Below the pieces are notes generated by a model. That model did not search any database. It had not been told where the DNA came from and worked only from the letters and a program-made list of their open reading frames with translations. Source: a virus (taxonomy: Duplodnaviria; Caudoviricetes). From it: a stretch of DNA of 64,000 bases. The stretch spans positions 128,001 to 192,000 of IMG/VR virus record IMGVR_UViG_3300014208_000002, one strand, 5' to 3'. Both the position numbers and the translations under genes were made by a program. This document shows positions 1 through 8,790 of the stretch, piece after piece (the first letter of the stretch is position 1; each line of letters begins with the position of its first letter).

Positions 1-48
1 GTTGATAGGTAAGATGAATTCCGGTATATTAGATAAGAGGAGTAGTAC

Positions 49-417
49 ATGAGAAAGATTTTAATAAAAGAACAAGATATAAACACATCTCCTGAAGTCT
101 ATCAAAACCTTATGGTATATCAATTTAGAAACACTCAAGAAGTTCCTATTGCTGATGATACTTTTGTTTCCCTTAATGACTTTAACAAACAATCAGAAGA
201 ATCGGGAATGACAAACCTTACTTGGGCTGAATTTGCAAGAGAGGGTATATTCGTTTATGTCAAGAATAATATTGGACTCTCTGATACTCTTATAGTATCC
301 GATATAGATGAATTTATTTTTACCAATCCAGAGGGCTTGTGGAGTCAATATCAAACCATTACACTGAAGCCTCTTGGATACATTGAGAATATTGTTGAAG
401 ATGATGGAGAAGAATAA
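49..417 (+). CDS. Hypothetical protein with MRKILIKE leader (candidate head-internal protein)
   Basis: 122-aa ORF, RBS GAGGAG upstream; N-terminus resembles the (I/L)-x-E leaders of other ORFs here. Confidence 0.6.
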   Translation: MRKILIKEQDINTSPEVYQNLMVYQFRNTQEVPIADDTFVSLNDFNKQSEESGMTNLTWAEFAREGIFVYVKNNIGLSDTLIVSDIDEFIFTNPEGLWSQYQTITLKPLGYIENIVEDDGEE

Positions 418-458
418 CTTAATATTTTCTCTTAGAAAATAAGGATATAATATATAAG

Positions 459-2411
459 ATGCTAAATTATTTTCTCGTTGGTAATGAAAAATTATCTCGA
501 TTCCAAGACTACTCAAATCAATTCCCCGAACAATATAGTTATATTATAAATGTTCTATTTAGGGACAAAAAACTCTATAAATCTATTGATAAATCCACAA
601 AAACTATTCTATTCAATATCCTCGCCAACTTAAAGGAACGGGATAACCGCTACCAAATGACATTAGAATATAATGATTCCCTTGTTAGTAAAAACTATAA
701 AATAGAAAAAGAAAATGAAAAAAAGCTTGAATCTCTAAAGCGGCCCAAGAAAGATGATGGAAAGAAACGATATAAGAAACATACACCGGAAAGTAAAAAA
801 AATAAATTTATTGAAATGAAAAAAAGAATGATAAAACCTTTACTCAAGAAAAGAGTAGTTCCAAATAAAACTCTCTTTGTATATCTCTCAAGCGCCATGT
901 ACACAAAGGAAATCCTTTCTAAAAATGAAATCCTCAATGATGTAATGAATACACATGGATTCTCGTATACTTCTTTAAAGAAAGCTATATCCATCCTTGA
1001 GTCAATGAACATGATAAAAATAGAAAAAGGCGGAAGGAAATTCTTTATACCCGGATTTGATGACTATGAAGAAAAACCAAGTAATATAAAGTATTCTATT
1101 CGACGAAATAAAGCTTATGCTTATGAAGATACCATATCCGAGATTGAATTACTCCCTATGAAGGACTGGAATATAGACTATTCCAGTTTTGAGGAAGGAA
1201 TACTTTTTCTTTCAGCTTTTCAATCTCTTAGCTTTAGAGAAAAAACTGATATTCAAAAAAGTAAAAAGGATTATGGTTGTTTTGTTGTAGATAAACTTCA
1301 TGATTTAGATGGAAATTTACTACCTCTTAATAATCATAAAAAAAAGATTGAAAAGGCAGATGAATATAGTGTATCTCCTGCGCCCTTTCTTTATAAGAAT
1401 AGGTTAAAAAGAATAAATAGTAATCTTCCAAACTTTTCTCATTACCAAAGAGGATTTATAAATTCTGTAGATTTTGGTGGGCGGTTTTATTCTCCTATGT
1501 CATTTATTAAAAATGAAGCTATTGAACCTCTTCTTAATAAGTTCAATATAGAAAAATTAGACTTTTCATCGTTTGGTCCTAATTGTTTGTACTTGCTTAC
1601 TACAGGGGAGAAATATAAAGGGGATATGTATTTGGATGTTATCAGAAATATAAATGCTATCCCCCAAAAATTACAGAAGTTCTATAGGCCAATTATGAAG
1701 AAAATGATGAGTTCCCATTTTGGGAACAATGGGAAGTCTAATTCTTGCCAGTCTATTAGAACTATGTTAATAGATAGTGGACTATACTACTCTGAAAAAT
1801 TTCTTAAAGATTTTGACCCGAGATACTTCCACGAAGGTAAATGGTTTGAGCCAAGAAAAGATGAAAAGATAAAACAGAAAAAATATCTTGAAGAAAATGG
1901 ATTTAAAGAGGAAATAAATTTAATTCCATTAACGATAGACGAAGTTATTAGCTCCTTTGAAAAAGTTCATTCAAAGATCAAGATTTTTTTCCACCATGAT
2001 ATATCTATAAAGATTCAGAATATAGAATCAGAAATAGCTGAAGAAATAATGATTGACATGAAAAATGATGGTTTATTTCCATTTAGTAGACACGACGCTT
2101 TTTATGTACCAAAAAGTTTAGTAAAAAAATATGAAAAGAAAATGGAAGAGTATTTGGTTCGGGTTTGTAAAAAATATTCTTTTTCTTTTGAGAATGAAAA
2201 TTCCCCTATACCTCCTCTTTGCATATTTAAGATTAAGAATTCTTCATCTAATTTTATAAAGAATGTGGGTAAGAAATTATTTTATAAATTATCTTATGTA
2301 AATAAAAATAATAAGTATATGTACTCAATTTTTCGTCTATTTAATAATACTGATAAGATGTTTAGTGGAATAATTATTAGAACAATTATTCCAGCCCCAT
2401 ATACAGGATAG
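459..2411 (+). CDS. Family-A polymerase-like (PolA/T7-RNAP palm fold) protein
   Basis: 650 aa; GGRFY, motif-A-like LDFSSFGPNCLY, motif-B-like RPIMKKMM, motif-C-like QNIESEIA...RHDAFYV; no recognisable exonuclease domain. Confidence 0.55.
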   Translation: MLNYFLVGNEKLSRFQDYSNQFPEQYSYIINVLFRDKKLYKSIDKSTKTILFNILANLKERDNRYQMTLEYNDSLVSKNYKIEKENEKKLESLKRPKKDDGKKRYKKHTPESKKNKFIEMKKRMIKPLLKKRVVPNKTLFVYLSSAMYTKEILSKNEILNDVMNTHGFSYTSLKKAISILESMNMIKIEKGGRKFFIPGFDDYEEKPSNIKYSIRRNKAYAYEDTISEIELLPMKDWNIDYSSFEEGILFLSAFQSLSFREKTDIQKSKKDYGCFVVDKLHDLDGNLLPLNNHKKKIEKADEYSVSPAPFLYKNRLKRINSNLPNFSHYQRGFINSVDFGGRFYSPMSFIKNEAIEPLLNKFNIEKLDFSSFGPNCLYLLTTGEKYKGDMYLDVIRNINAIPQKLQKFYRPIMKKMMSSHFGNNGKSNSCQSIRTMLIDSGLYYSEKFLKDFDPRYFHEGKWFEPRKDEKIKQKKYLEENGFKEEINLIPLTIDEVISSFEKVHSKIKIFFHHDISIKIQNIESEIAEEIMIDMKNDGLFPFSRHDAFYVPKSLVKKYEKKMEEYLVRVCKKYSFSFENENSPIPPLCIFKIKNSSSNFIKNVGKKLFYKLSYVNKNNKYMYSIFRLFNNTDKMFSGIIIRTIIPAPYTG

Positions 2412-2474
2412 TTAAACTTTTTTAAAGGAAATGAGACTAATTTTAGAATACTTTTTAGTTTTATAGGGAAGGTC

Positions 2475-2482
2475 TACTAATA
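2475..2482 (+). promoter_or_regulatory. TACTAATA motif (putative late promoter)
   Basis: Exact copy of the recurrent motif, intergenic, upstream of the SSB-like gene. Confidence 0.5.
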
Positions 2483-2575
2483 CAGTTGAGCTTTGGGGAA
2501 ACCCACACTATATTATAAATAGCCTAGTAAGGCAAAAACAAGCTATTCCGTAAAACCGGAAAAAAGGAGAACAGT

Positions 2576-3865
2576 ATGGATGATGCACAGAGGAAAGAGA
2601 TGTTTGAGAGGGCAAAAGCCGCTCGAAAGGCAGAAAGGGAAAAGGAAGCAGAGAAGAAGGCTGGAGGTGGGAGTAATTTTCAGTATGAAGATGTTCAGTG
2701 GTCAGCCCTTATGCAGGATCAGTATAAGACTCTTCGACTTCTTGGAAACCCTATTGACCAAAGACAGAGTGACCCCTATTCCCCAAAGGTAGTTTGGCGC
2801 TCTACCATCATAGCAGATGGTGGAAAGCAAATGAAAATCAATTGGCCTTCCCGTGAAGAAAATAGTTCTTGGATTCTGTGGAAGATTTATGATAAGGTAA
2901 TGTCTTATAAGTGGGATAAGGAAGCCAATGAGCGAGTTTACTTTTATAAGAAAACTCATTCTGATGTTTTTAATCGTGTTTTTAAGAATGGAAAGCCTGA
3001 AAACACTTATGAGCCTGGATGGAAGCCGAAGCAAGTTGTTTTAATTAACACCATAGACCGTGATAAGATGGATTGGCACCGGGAGAATAAGCACACTGCG
3101 CTTCTTTCAAAGAAAGTTGGCGAAGGAAATGACGGAGCTTTTTTCTATGAGTTTGGAATTCCCTATCAGCTTTACACTACTATCTTTGACGATATAGTAT
3201 CCTATGCTGGAGATTGGGAATCTTATGATATTTTTATTCGTAAGTATGAAGATGATCCCTACTATAAGGTTTATCATGCCGTTGATGACATGAAGAAGCT
3301 TGTGGATGAAAAGCACCTTATCAAGGGGACGCTTGATTTTGTAGATGCTCCTCTTTCTGACGAAGAAAAGTCTTGGGCAAGGTATGATATTGATAAGTAC
3401 AGCAAGATTGCCTCTTATCAAAAGATAATGAAAGGTCTTGGTGTATTTATTCAACAGGTAGATGCTACTTTTAAGACTAATTTCTACTTTGAGCTTGAGG
3501 GTCTTGTAGAAAAGGAAAAAGCAGAGAGGAAGGAAGCCGAAGTAGAAGAGATTGAAGAGGATACAAGTGAACCCGTAGTAGATGAAACTCATGCTTCAGT
3601 CCCTACTCGTTCTGCCCCGCCTCGTCCTTCATCCCCAGTAATGATTGACTGGGCATCTATTGAAGCAAAGGGCTTTAAGGGTATCTCTTTGATGACCGCC
3701 GAGGAAAAGAAAGCAGTCTTGGCTTTTGACGGAGAAAACTTTCAGTATGATCCCTCCGCAGGAAACTGTTTGGGATGTTGCAACACTGAAGAAGAGTGTT
3801 CCTTTGCAACTCCAAACTCATTTGCACATTGTCCTAAGTGCGGAATCAAGTTTCCTGAAGAATAA
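2576..3865 (+). CDS. Single-stranded DNA-binding protein, T4 gp32-like, with C-terminal Cys4 zinc ribbon
   Basis: 429 aa, strong RBS AAGGAG, aromatic-rich core, acidic linker, CLGCC...CPKC at the end; replication context. Confidence 0.55.
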   Translation: MDDAQRKEMFERAKAARKAEREKEAEKKAGGGSNFQYEDVQWSALMQDQYKTLRLLGNPIDQRQSDPYSPKVVWRSTIIADGGKQMKINWPSREENSSWILWKIYDKVMSYKWDKEANERVYFYKKTHSDVFNRVFKNGKPENTYEPGWKPKQVVLINTIDRDKMDWHRENKHTALLSKKVGEGNDGAFFYEFGIPYQLYTTIFDDIVSYAGDWESYDIFIRKYEDDPYYKVYHAVDDMKKLVDEKHLIKGTLDFVDAPLSDEEKSWARYDIDKYSKIASYQKIMKGLGVFIQQVDATFKTNFYFELEGLVEKEKAERKEAEVEEIEEDTSEPVVDETHASVPTRSAPPRPSSPVMIDWASIEAKGFKGISLMTAEEKKAVLAFDGENFQYDPSAGNCLGCCNTEEECSFATPNSFAHCPKCGIKFPEE

Positions 3866-3885
3866 GTTTTAGAAAATTTCTTTTG

Positions 3886-3918
3886 AAAAAGAGGGAGGAG
3901 AAATCTTCCCTCTTTTTT
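3886..3918 (+). terminator. Rho-independent terminator
   Basis: AAAAAGAGGGAGGA-GAAA-TCTTCCCTCTTTTT hairpin plus T run after the SSB-like gene. Confidence 0.85.
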
Positions 3919-3934
3919 ATTTACTAAGATAAGT

Positions 3935-4426
3935 ATGAAAGAGACAGATTTAAATTTAGTTATTAAAAACTCATTTATAGATGGTGGGTTAGCTTACAAA
4001 ATACCAGACCCTCCTCAGACAGTCGCAGTAATGTCAAATCCTCGCCCGTTTGATGGGTTTGCAGTAGGAAATTTTGGAACCCTATTTTGGGAAGCCAAGT
4101 TTCAGCGAGAATATAAAGCATTTTCTTTTTCACATATACAGCCACATCAAATAGAAAATCTTACAAAAATATCTAATCTAAAAAAAGAAAAAGTATATCC
4201 CCTCATTATACTTGGAATATGGGAGTCAAGAAAATATTTTGATATATTTTTGTTTCATATTGATTTTATTAACGAGTTGATAAAGAAGGGAAAATCATCT
4301 ATAATTAAGGTAGAGCTTTTAGAGTTGAAAGAAAAATATGCAATTCCAGTAAAAAATAAACTATTTTCTATTGATGGATTTGAAGATAAAATTATCAAGA
4401 GCTTAAACTTAGGAATAGATTTATAA
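3935..4426 (+). CDS. RecU-like Holliday junction resolvase
   Basis: KIPDPP...PFDGF...WEAK...IQPHQIENL matches the RecU PD-(D/E)xK pattern. Confidence 0.7.
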   Translation: MKETDLNLVIKNSFIDGGLAYKIPDPPQTVAVMSNPRPFDGFAVGNFGTLFWEAKFQREYKAFSFSHIQPHQIENLTKISNLKKEKVYPLIILGIWESRKYFDIFLFHIDFINELIKKGKSSIIKVELLELKEKYAIPVKNKLFSIDGFEDKIIKSLNLGIDL

Positions 4427-4450
4427 AATAGAAAATAGTTTGGAGGAAAA

Positions 4451-5224
4451 ATGAGCAGAAAATTATATAAAAGAATTTGTCGTCATTGTGGCGCTAATGT
4501 TGAATTTTATCATTCAGAAAAACCCGATGTATGCCCTGAATGTGGTATATCCGATTTTGTAAAACCAGAAACGGAAACTAAATTATTTCTTCTTCAAAAG
4601 AAATGGTTGGAGGAAAAAGATAAGCCCTCTCTTGGAAAAATGTATGTTATTCTTTGTGCATATGTAAAATCAAAAATAAAGAAAATCTTGAATGGTGTTG
4701 TTATTTACGATGAAGATAAATTAGAAGAAAAAGCAGTTGATAGTGTAAATTTATTGATGGAATATTATTTAACAAAAGAAGATTTCAAAATAGAATCAAG
4801 TTTTATGGGCTATCTTACAAAACAAATAAAATCTACACTTTATAATAAACAAACACGATTATTAGATGCTACTGAGTCTTTGAATGCTATAATTGATGAT
4901 AGTAGTAAAAAAGAGTTGCAGGATATAATTGATGTAACGCCTATTTATGAAAACTCTCTTAATTATGATTTTATTTTTGATGATCATAAGGAAAATGATC
5001 TTATAAACGGTATAACAAATATTGTACAAGAGGTGCATAATCAAATAGTAAAAAATTATTCTTTTACTCTGGGGCTTCTTGTCTTAATAGGCATCCATCA
5101 TTATATAAATCGTCGCCCTGAAGAATTTAGAGAAAAGTTTTATACTCGTTTTAATAATACTAAGACTAAAGACTTTGTAGAAAAAGCAATGGTTGTTATC
5201 CTACAATTTATAAAAGAAAACTAA
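4451..5224 (+). CDS. Zinc-ribbon protein with sigma-region-2-like segment (candidate phage sigma factor)
   Basis: CRHC...CPEC at N-terminus; SSFMGYLTKQIKSTLY resembles sigma region 2. Confidence 0.35.
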   Translation: MSRKLYKRICRHCGANVEFYHSEKPDVCPECGISDFVKPETETKLFLLQKKWLEEKDKPSLGKMYVILCAYVKSKIKKILNGVVIYDEDKLEEKAVDSVNLLMEYYLTKEDFKIESSFMGYLTKQIKSTLYNKQTRLLDATESLNAIIDDSSKKELQDIIDVTPIYENSLNYDFIFDDHKENDLINGITNIVQEVHNQIVKNYSFTLGLLVLIGIHHYINRRPEEFREKFYTRFNNTKTKDFVEKAMVVILQFIKEN

Positions 5225-5235
5225 GGTGGATTTAG

Positions 5236-5676
5236 ATGAATACTCTTGACGATCCTACAAATGTATATCAGGCAAAAATTAAAAATCTTTTTTCTAAAAA
5301 AGCCTCTAATGAAATAGAGCTATTGTTTAAAGTAGCAGAGTTAATGATTTTTCAAGAACTTAGCTCTTCCGATATGTTTGAAGTTTATACACTTTTAGGT
5401 ATGGAAAACTTTTCCAAGTTAGTAAATTTAGCTGATGGAAGACCAATTCGCCTTCCAAAGAAAGAGCAGATAGAAGATGCATTTTTAGCTTCCATTATGT
5501 ATTATGAAAAAATTATAAAAGGAAAATCATGGAAGGAAATTAAGAGGCTCTATCCAGAAATTGATATTTCCTCGATTAAATATAGTTTAAAGATAACTAA
5601 TTTTGATAATTTTTTAACACAAAAAATAGAAGAAATGCTAAGGAGTTTAGATCATGGAAACAAAGACAATGGATGA
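5236..5676 (+). CDS. Hypothetical protein
   Basis: 146-aa ORF with RBS AAGGTGG. Confidence 0.7.
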   Translation: MNTLDDPTNVYQAKIKNLFSKKASNEIELLFKVAELMIFQELSSSDMFEVYTLLGMENFSKLVNLADGRPIRLPKKEQIEDAFLASIMYYEKIIKGKSWKEIKRLYPEIDISSIKYSLKITNFDNFLTQKIEEMLRSLDHGNKDNG

Positions 5677-6127
5677 AGTAAAAGAAATTATTGTAAGTCT
5701 TAATGATGAGAGTGTTGGAAAAGATGTAGATACAGCTAAATCTTCTGACCCTCTATTGTCTCTTCGCTCTTCTATTTTTGGTGCTTTTCAAAAGAGACTG
5801 GAAATAATCCTCAAAGAAGAGGATATGAAAAAAATTGTAGAAGACAAACTGAGAGAAAAAATAAATAATAATGAACTAACTGTTCCGCAACTTATGTCAT
5901 TATTAAATTCAATAAAAACTTCTTCTACAGTTGCAATGGATAGTTTACTTCAAGTCTTGAAACCGACCCCGAATGCAGTCAGTCCATTATTTGCTACTAT
6001 GGGTAATGGAGAAGAAGACATCTCTGATAGCTTTAATAATCTTGACCCCGAACAATCAGAAAATGTTTCTAAGTTAATTCGTCTTATGGGGGCTTTACAA
6101 AATAAAGGAACTGATCAAAATAAATAA
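5654..6127 (+). CDS. Hypothetical protein
   Basis: 157-aa ORF with RBS AGGAG. Confidence 0.7.
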   Translation: METKTMDEVKEIIVSLNDESVGKDVDTAKSSDPLLSLRSSIFGAFQKRLEIILKEEDMKKIVEDKLREKINNNELTVPQLMSLLNSIKTSSTVAMDSLLQVLKPTPNAVSPLFATMGNGEEDISDSFNNLDPEQSENVSKLIRLMGALQNKGTDQNK

Positions 6128-6146
6128 ATATTGGGGAGAAATATAA

Positions 6147-6734
6147 TTGAACAATGAAATTCTTACTTTTGAACAGTTTGTTTGTTATTATGAAAAGTTT
6201 CATCGGTTCCCTGATAATAGCTATATATCTCCTAAAGGATATAATGAGCAACAGTTTAGAACTAAATATAAAAGATTTTTAAGTTCTCAAAAAAAGAGAA
6301 AAGAAAAATCAAAAAAAACTGTTGAAAAACAAAGACAGAAAAATGTTGAAAGAGCCAGTAAGTTAGATGAAAAATGGGAACATTTAAAAGAAATAGTTGA
6401 TAAACGAGATGGGCATTCTTGTAGGTTATTTAAATTACTCTCTATTGATGAAAAAAAATCAGTACAAGAATATTTACATAACCGAATGAAGACAATTGAT
6501 AGGGCACATATTTTTCGTAGATCAAAGTACATTCATATGAAGTATATGGCGGAAAATGTTGTATGCTTATATCGTTTATTCCATTCTCGTTTAGACTCCT
6601 TTTGTGATCCACTAACAGGTATTGCAATTACTTCGGAAGAAGTAGATAAGTGGTGGAGAAGAATAGTTGGGGAAGAAAAATATAATTGGTTAGAAAACAT
6701 TTCAAGAAACAAACATCCGCTTGATAAATTCTAA
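6147..6734 (+). CDS. HNH-like (NinG/Rap-type) endonuclease
   Basis: IDRAHIF...ENVVCLYRLFH resembles the beta-beta-alpha-Me motif. Confidence 0.5.
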   Translation: MNNEILTFEQFVCYYEKFHRFPDNSYISPKGYNEQQFRTKYKRFLSSQKKRKEKSKKTVEKQRQKNVERASKLDEKWEHLKEIVDKRDGHSCRLFKLLSIDEKKSVQEYLHNRMKTIDRAHIFRRSKYIHMKYMAENVVCLYRLFHSRLDSFCDPLTGIAITSEEVDKWWRRIVGEEKYNWLENISRNKHPLDKF

Positions 6735-6749
6735 AAACTCTGTTATAAT
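6721..6749 (+). promoter_or_regulatory. Sigma70-type promoter upstream of recA
   Basis: TTGATA-17 bp-TATAAT with TG extended -10. Confidence 0.75.
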
Positions 6750-6778
6750 ATATAGATGAGAACTTATAGGAGAAAAGA

Positions 6779-7438
6779 ATGGCACTCACTCTTGAAGAAA
6801 AGCTTGAAAAGCTAAACGCACTTGAAAAAGTAATGGAAAAAGATTTTGGAACAGGAACAGTTATTTGTGATGGTGATTATCCTAAAATTCCCCGATGGAA
6901 ATTAGCCTCCCCTCGAATAAATCATCTTATGGGTGGCGGTTTACCTAAAGGAAGAATTATTGAAGTATATGGTCCCGAGTCTTCTGGTAAAACTACTCTT
7001 TGGCTTCAGTGGTCAGCAGATGTTCAACAGAAGGGTGGATATGTTGTTTGGATAGATGCTGAACATTGTTTTGACCCTGAATATTCACATAGATTTGGAT
7101 TAAAGACTTCCTCAGATTGTTTTAAACTTATTTCTCCTGACTCTGGAGAAGATGCCCTTGAAATAATGGCTCGTTATGCAGGATCAGGTGCAGTTGATCT
7201 TATTGTTCTTGACTCTATTGCCGCATTAGTTCCCAAAGCTGAACTTGAAGGGGCTATGGAAGATAATCAAATGGGAGCGCAAGCCCGCATGATGGGAAAA
7301 GCTATGCGAAAAATTACAGGACTTGCCGCAAAGAATGAAACTGTAATTGGTTTTATAAATCAAATAAGAATGAAAATTGGGGTCATGTTCGGAAACCCGG
7401 AATGTGTAGCCCCTGAAACTTTGATAGATATAGATTAG
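6779..7438 (+). CDS. recA: RecA N-terminal part fused to 11-aa N-intein
   Basis: GGLPKGRIIEVYGPESSGKTT, IDAEH, DSIAAL, QARMMGKAMRK, INQIRMKIGVMFGNPE then CVAPETLIDID and TAG. Confidence 0.95.
   Translation: MALTLEEKLEKLNALEKVMEKDFGTGTVICDGDYPKIPRWKLASPRINHLMGGGLPKGRIIEVYGPESSGKTTLWLQWSADVQQKGGYVVWIDAEHCFDPEYSHRFGLKTSSDCFKLISPDSGEDALEIMARYAGSGAVDLIVLDSIAALVPKAELEGAMEDNQMGAQARMMGKAMRKITGLAAKNETVIGFINQIRMKIGVMFGNPECVAPETLIDID
7403..7435 (+). mobile_element. Split intein N-fragment (11 aa)
   Basis: CVAPETLIDID is an intein block A, starting exactly where RecA homology breaks off. Confidence 0.85.
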
Positions 7439-7442
7439 TTAT

Positions 7443-7472
7443 CCCCTACTTACCTACTAATAATAATAGGGG
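7443..7472 (+). promoter_or_regulatory. TACTAATA motif (7455-7462) in the loop of an RBS-sequestering hairpin
   Basis: CCCCTA (7443-7448) pairs with TAGGGG (7467-7472), which covers the RBS of the endonuclease gene. Confidence 0.6.
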
Positions 7473-7480
7473 GCAATGCT

Positions 7481-8341
7481 ATGTATTATTTTTTATATAA
7501 AACTACAAATCTAAAAAATGGAAAATACTATTATGGTGTTCATTCTACAAATAATATAGAAGACAGATATTTAGGAAGTGGTTTGTATCTGAAAAGAGCA
7601 ATTAGAAAAGAAGGCAGAAAATATTTTTGTAGAGAAATTATTTCATTTTTTGATAATGAGGAAGAAATGTATAAAGCAGAAAAAAATATATTAAAAGAAA
7701 TAGTATTAAATGATCCTTTATGCTATAATTTACAAGAGGGAGGAAACGGCGGTTGGAGCCATTTATCAAAAGAATATATGAGCAACATTAAAAAAAATTG
7801 GTGGAGTAAACCAGAGAACAGAGAAAAAATTTCTTCTAAAATAAAAGATTTTATGAAAAATAATCCTGATATAAAAGATAAAGTTGTTGAAAAAATGAAT
7901 AAGAAAAGAATTTCTTTAATAAAAAGTGGAATTTCTTATTCTGAAGCAATATCAAAAGGGTTAAATTTGTATTGGCTGGAAGGGAATATAGAAGAAAAGA
8001 AAAAGAAACGATCAGAAGAAACAAAAGGAAAAATGAGATTAGAAAATAGAAACAAACTTTCAAAAGAAAATGCAGGATTTAATAATAAAGATTTTATTAA
8101 AAGATGGAAGCCATTTTATGAAAATCTTATTCAAAGAGGAATAGTAATTGACATAGTAAATAAAAAGGTATATGATATAGACATACAAAAAAAATACGGA
8201 GAGGGTTTTAAGATATTAAGAGTAATAAACTATTTGGTACATTTAAAAATTATAGAAATAGTCTCAGTAGAAAAAACATGGTGTTCAACAGCAAGAACTC
8301 ATAAACGAAAAACAATTTGTCAGTATAAGGAGAATATATGA
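7481..8341 (+). CDS. GIY-YIG homing endonuclease (Seg-like), free-standing between the recA halves
   Basis: YFLYKTTNLKNGKYYYGVH...YLGSG...E...YNL GIY-YIG module. Confidence 0.9.
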   Translation: MYYFLYKTTNLKNGKYYYGVHSTNNIEDRYLGSGLYLKRAIRKEGRKYFCREIISFFDNEEEMYKAEKNILKEIVLNDPLCYNLQEGGNGGWSHLSKEYMSNIKKNWWSKPENREKISSKIKDFMKNNPDIKDKVVEKMNKKRISLIKSGISYSEAISKGLNLYWLEGNIEEKKKKRSEETKGKMRLENRNKLSKENAGFNNKDFIKRWKPFYENLIQRGIVIDIVNKKVYDIDIQKKYGEGFKILRVINYLVHLKIIEIVSVEKTWCSTARTHKRKTICQYKENI

Positions 8342-8790
8342 GAATATCTATAGAAAATTTATTTCTATCCTGTGGGGTAGACTATACAAAAATGAAAATA
8401 GGAGAAAGTATAGATGTTTCTGAAAAAAATAAATATATTCCTTCTTATAATATAGAAAAAAAAGTTGTAGAAAAAAAGAAGATACTAAAATTAGTTCGTA
8501 AAGAAGATTCATCAATAATAGAAATTCATGAAGCAGAGAAAGATACACTTTTATTTAAATCAACTTTAAATCATAAAGTTTTTTCTAAAAGGGTAAAGGG
8601 AAAAGAAGAGTTTTCTTGGAATTCTTTATCTACAATTCTTTTTGAATGGGGAACTAATCTTTTTGAAACTATGACAAGAGATGGAGTAATTGTAGCAACT
8701 ATTGTTCTTTCAGAAGAGATAAAACCTATTCTTGATATGGAAATAGAAGATAATCATAATTATTTTGCTAATGGAGTTCTGTCTCATAAT
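8338..8790 (+). mobile_element. Split intein C-fragment (no endonuclease domain)
   Basis: Ends in His-Asn followed by Thr+1 at 8791; contains TxxH block B. Confidence 0.88.

Noticed and set aside
7436-7483. TAG recoding or readthrough: the GIY-YIG ORF is in frame with recA-N behind a single TAG
   Set aside because: Long genes (nrdJ, terL, portal, MCP) are intact in the standard code and several genes end in TAG. In-frame placement has a one-in-three chance, and readthrough would not reach IntC, which is in another frame.
7439-8341. Group I intron carrying the GIY-YIG gene inside recA
   Set aside because: Only 42 nt of non-coding sequence upstream and an ATGA overlap downstream leave no room for a ribozyme core.
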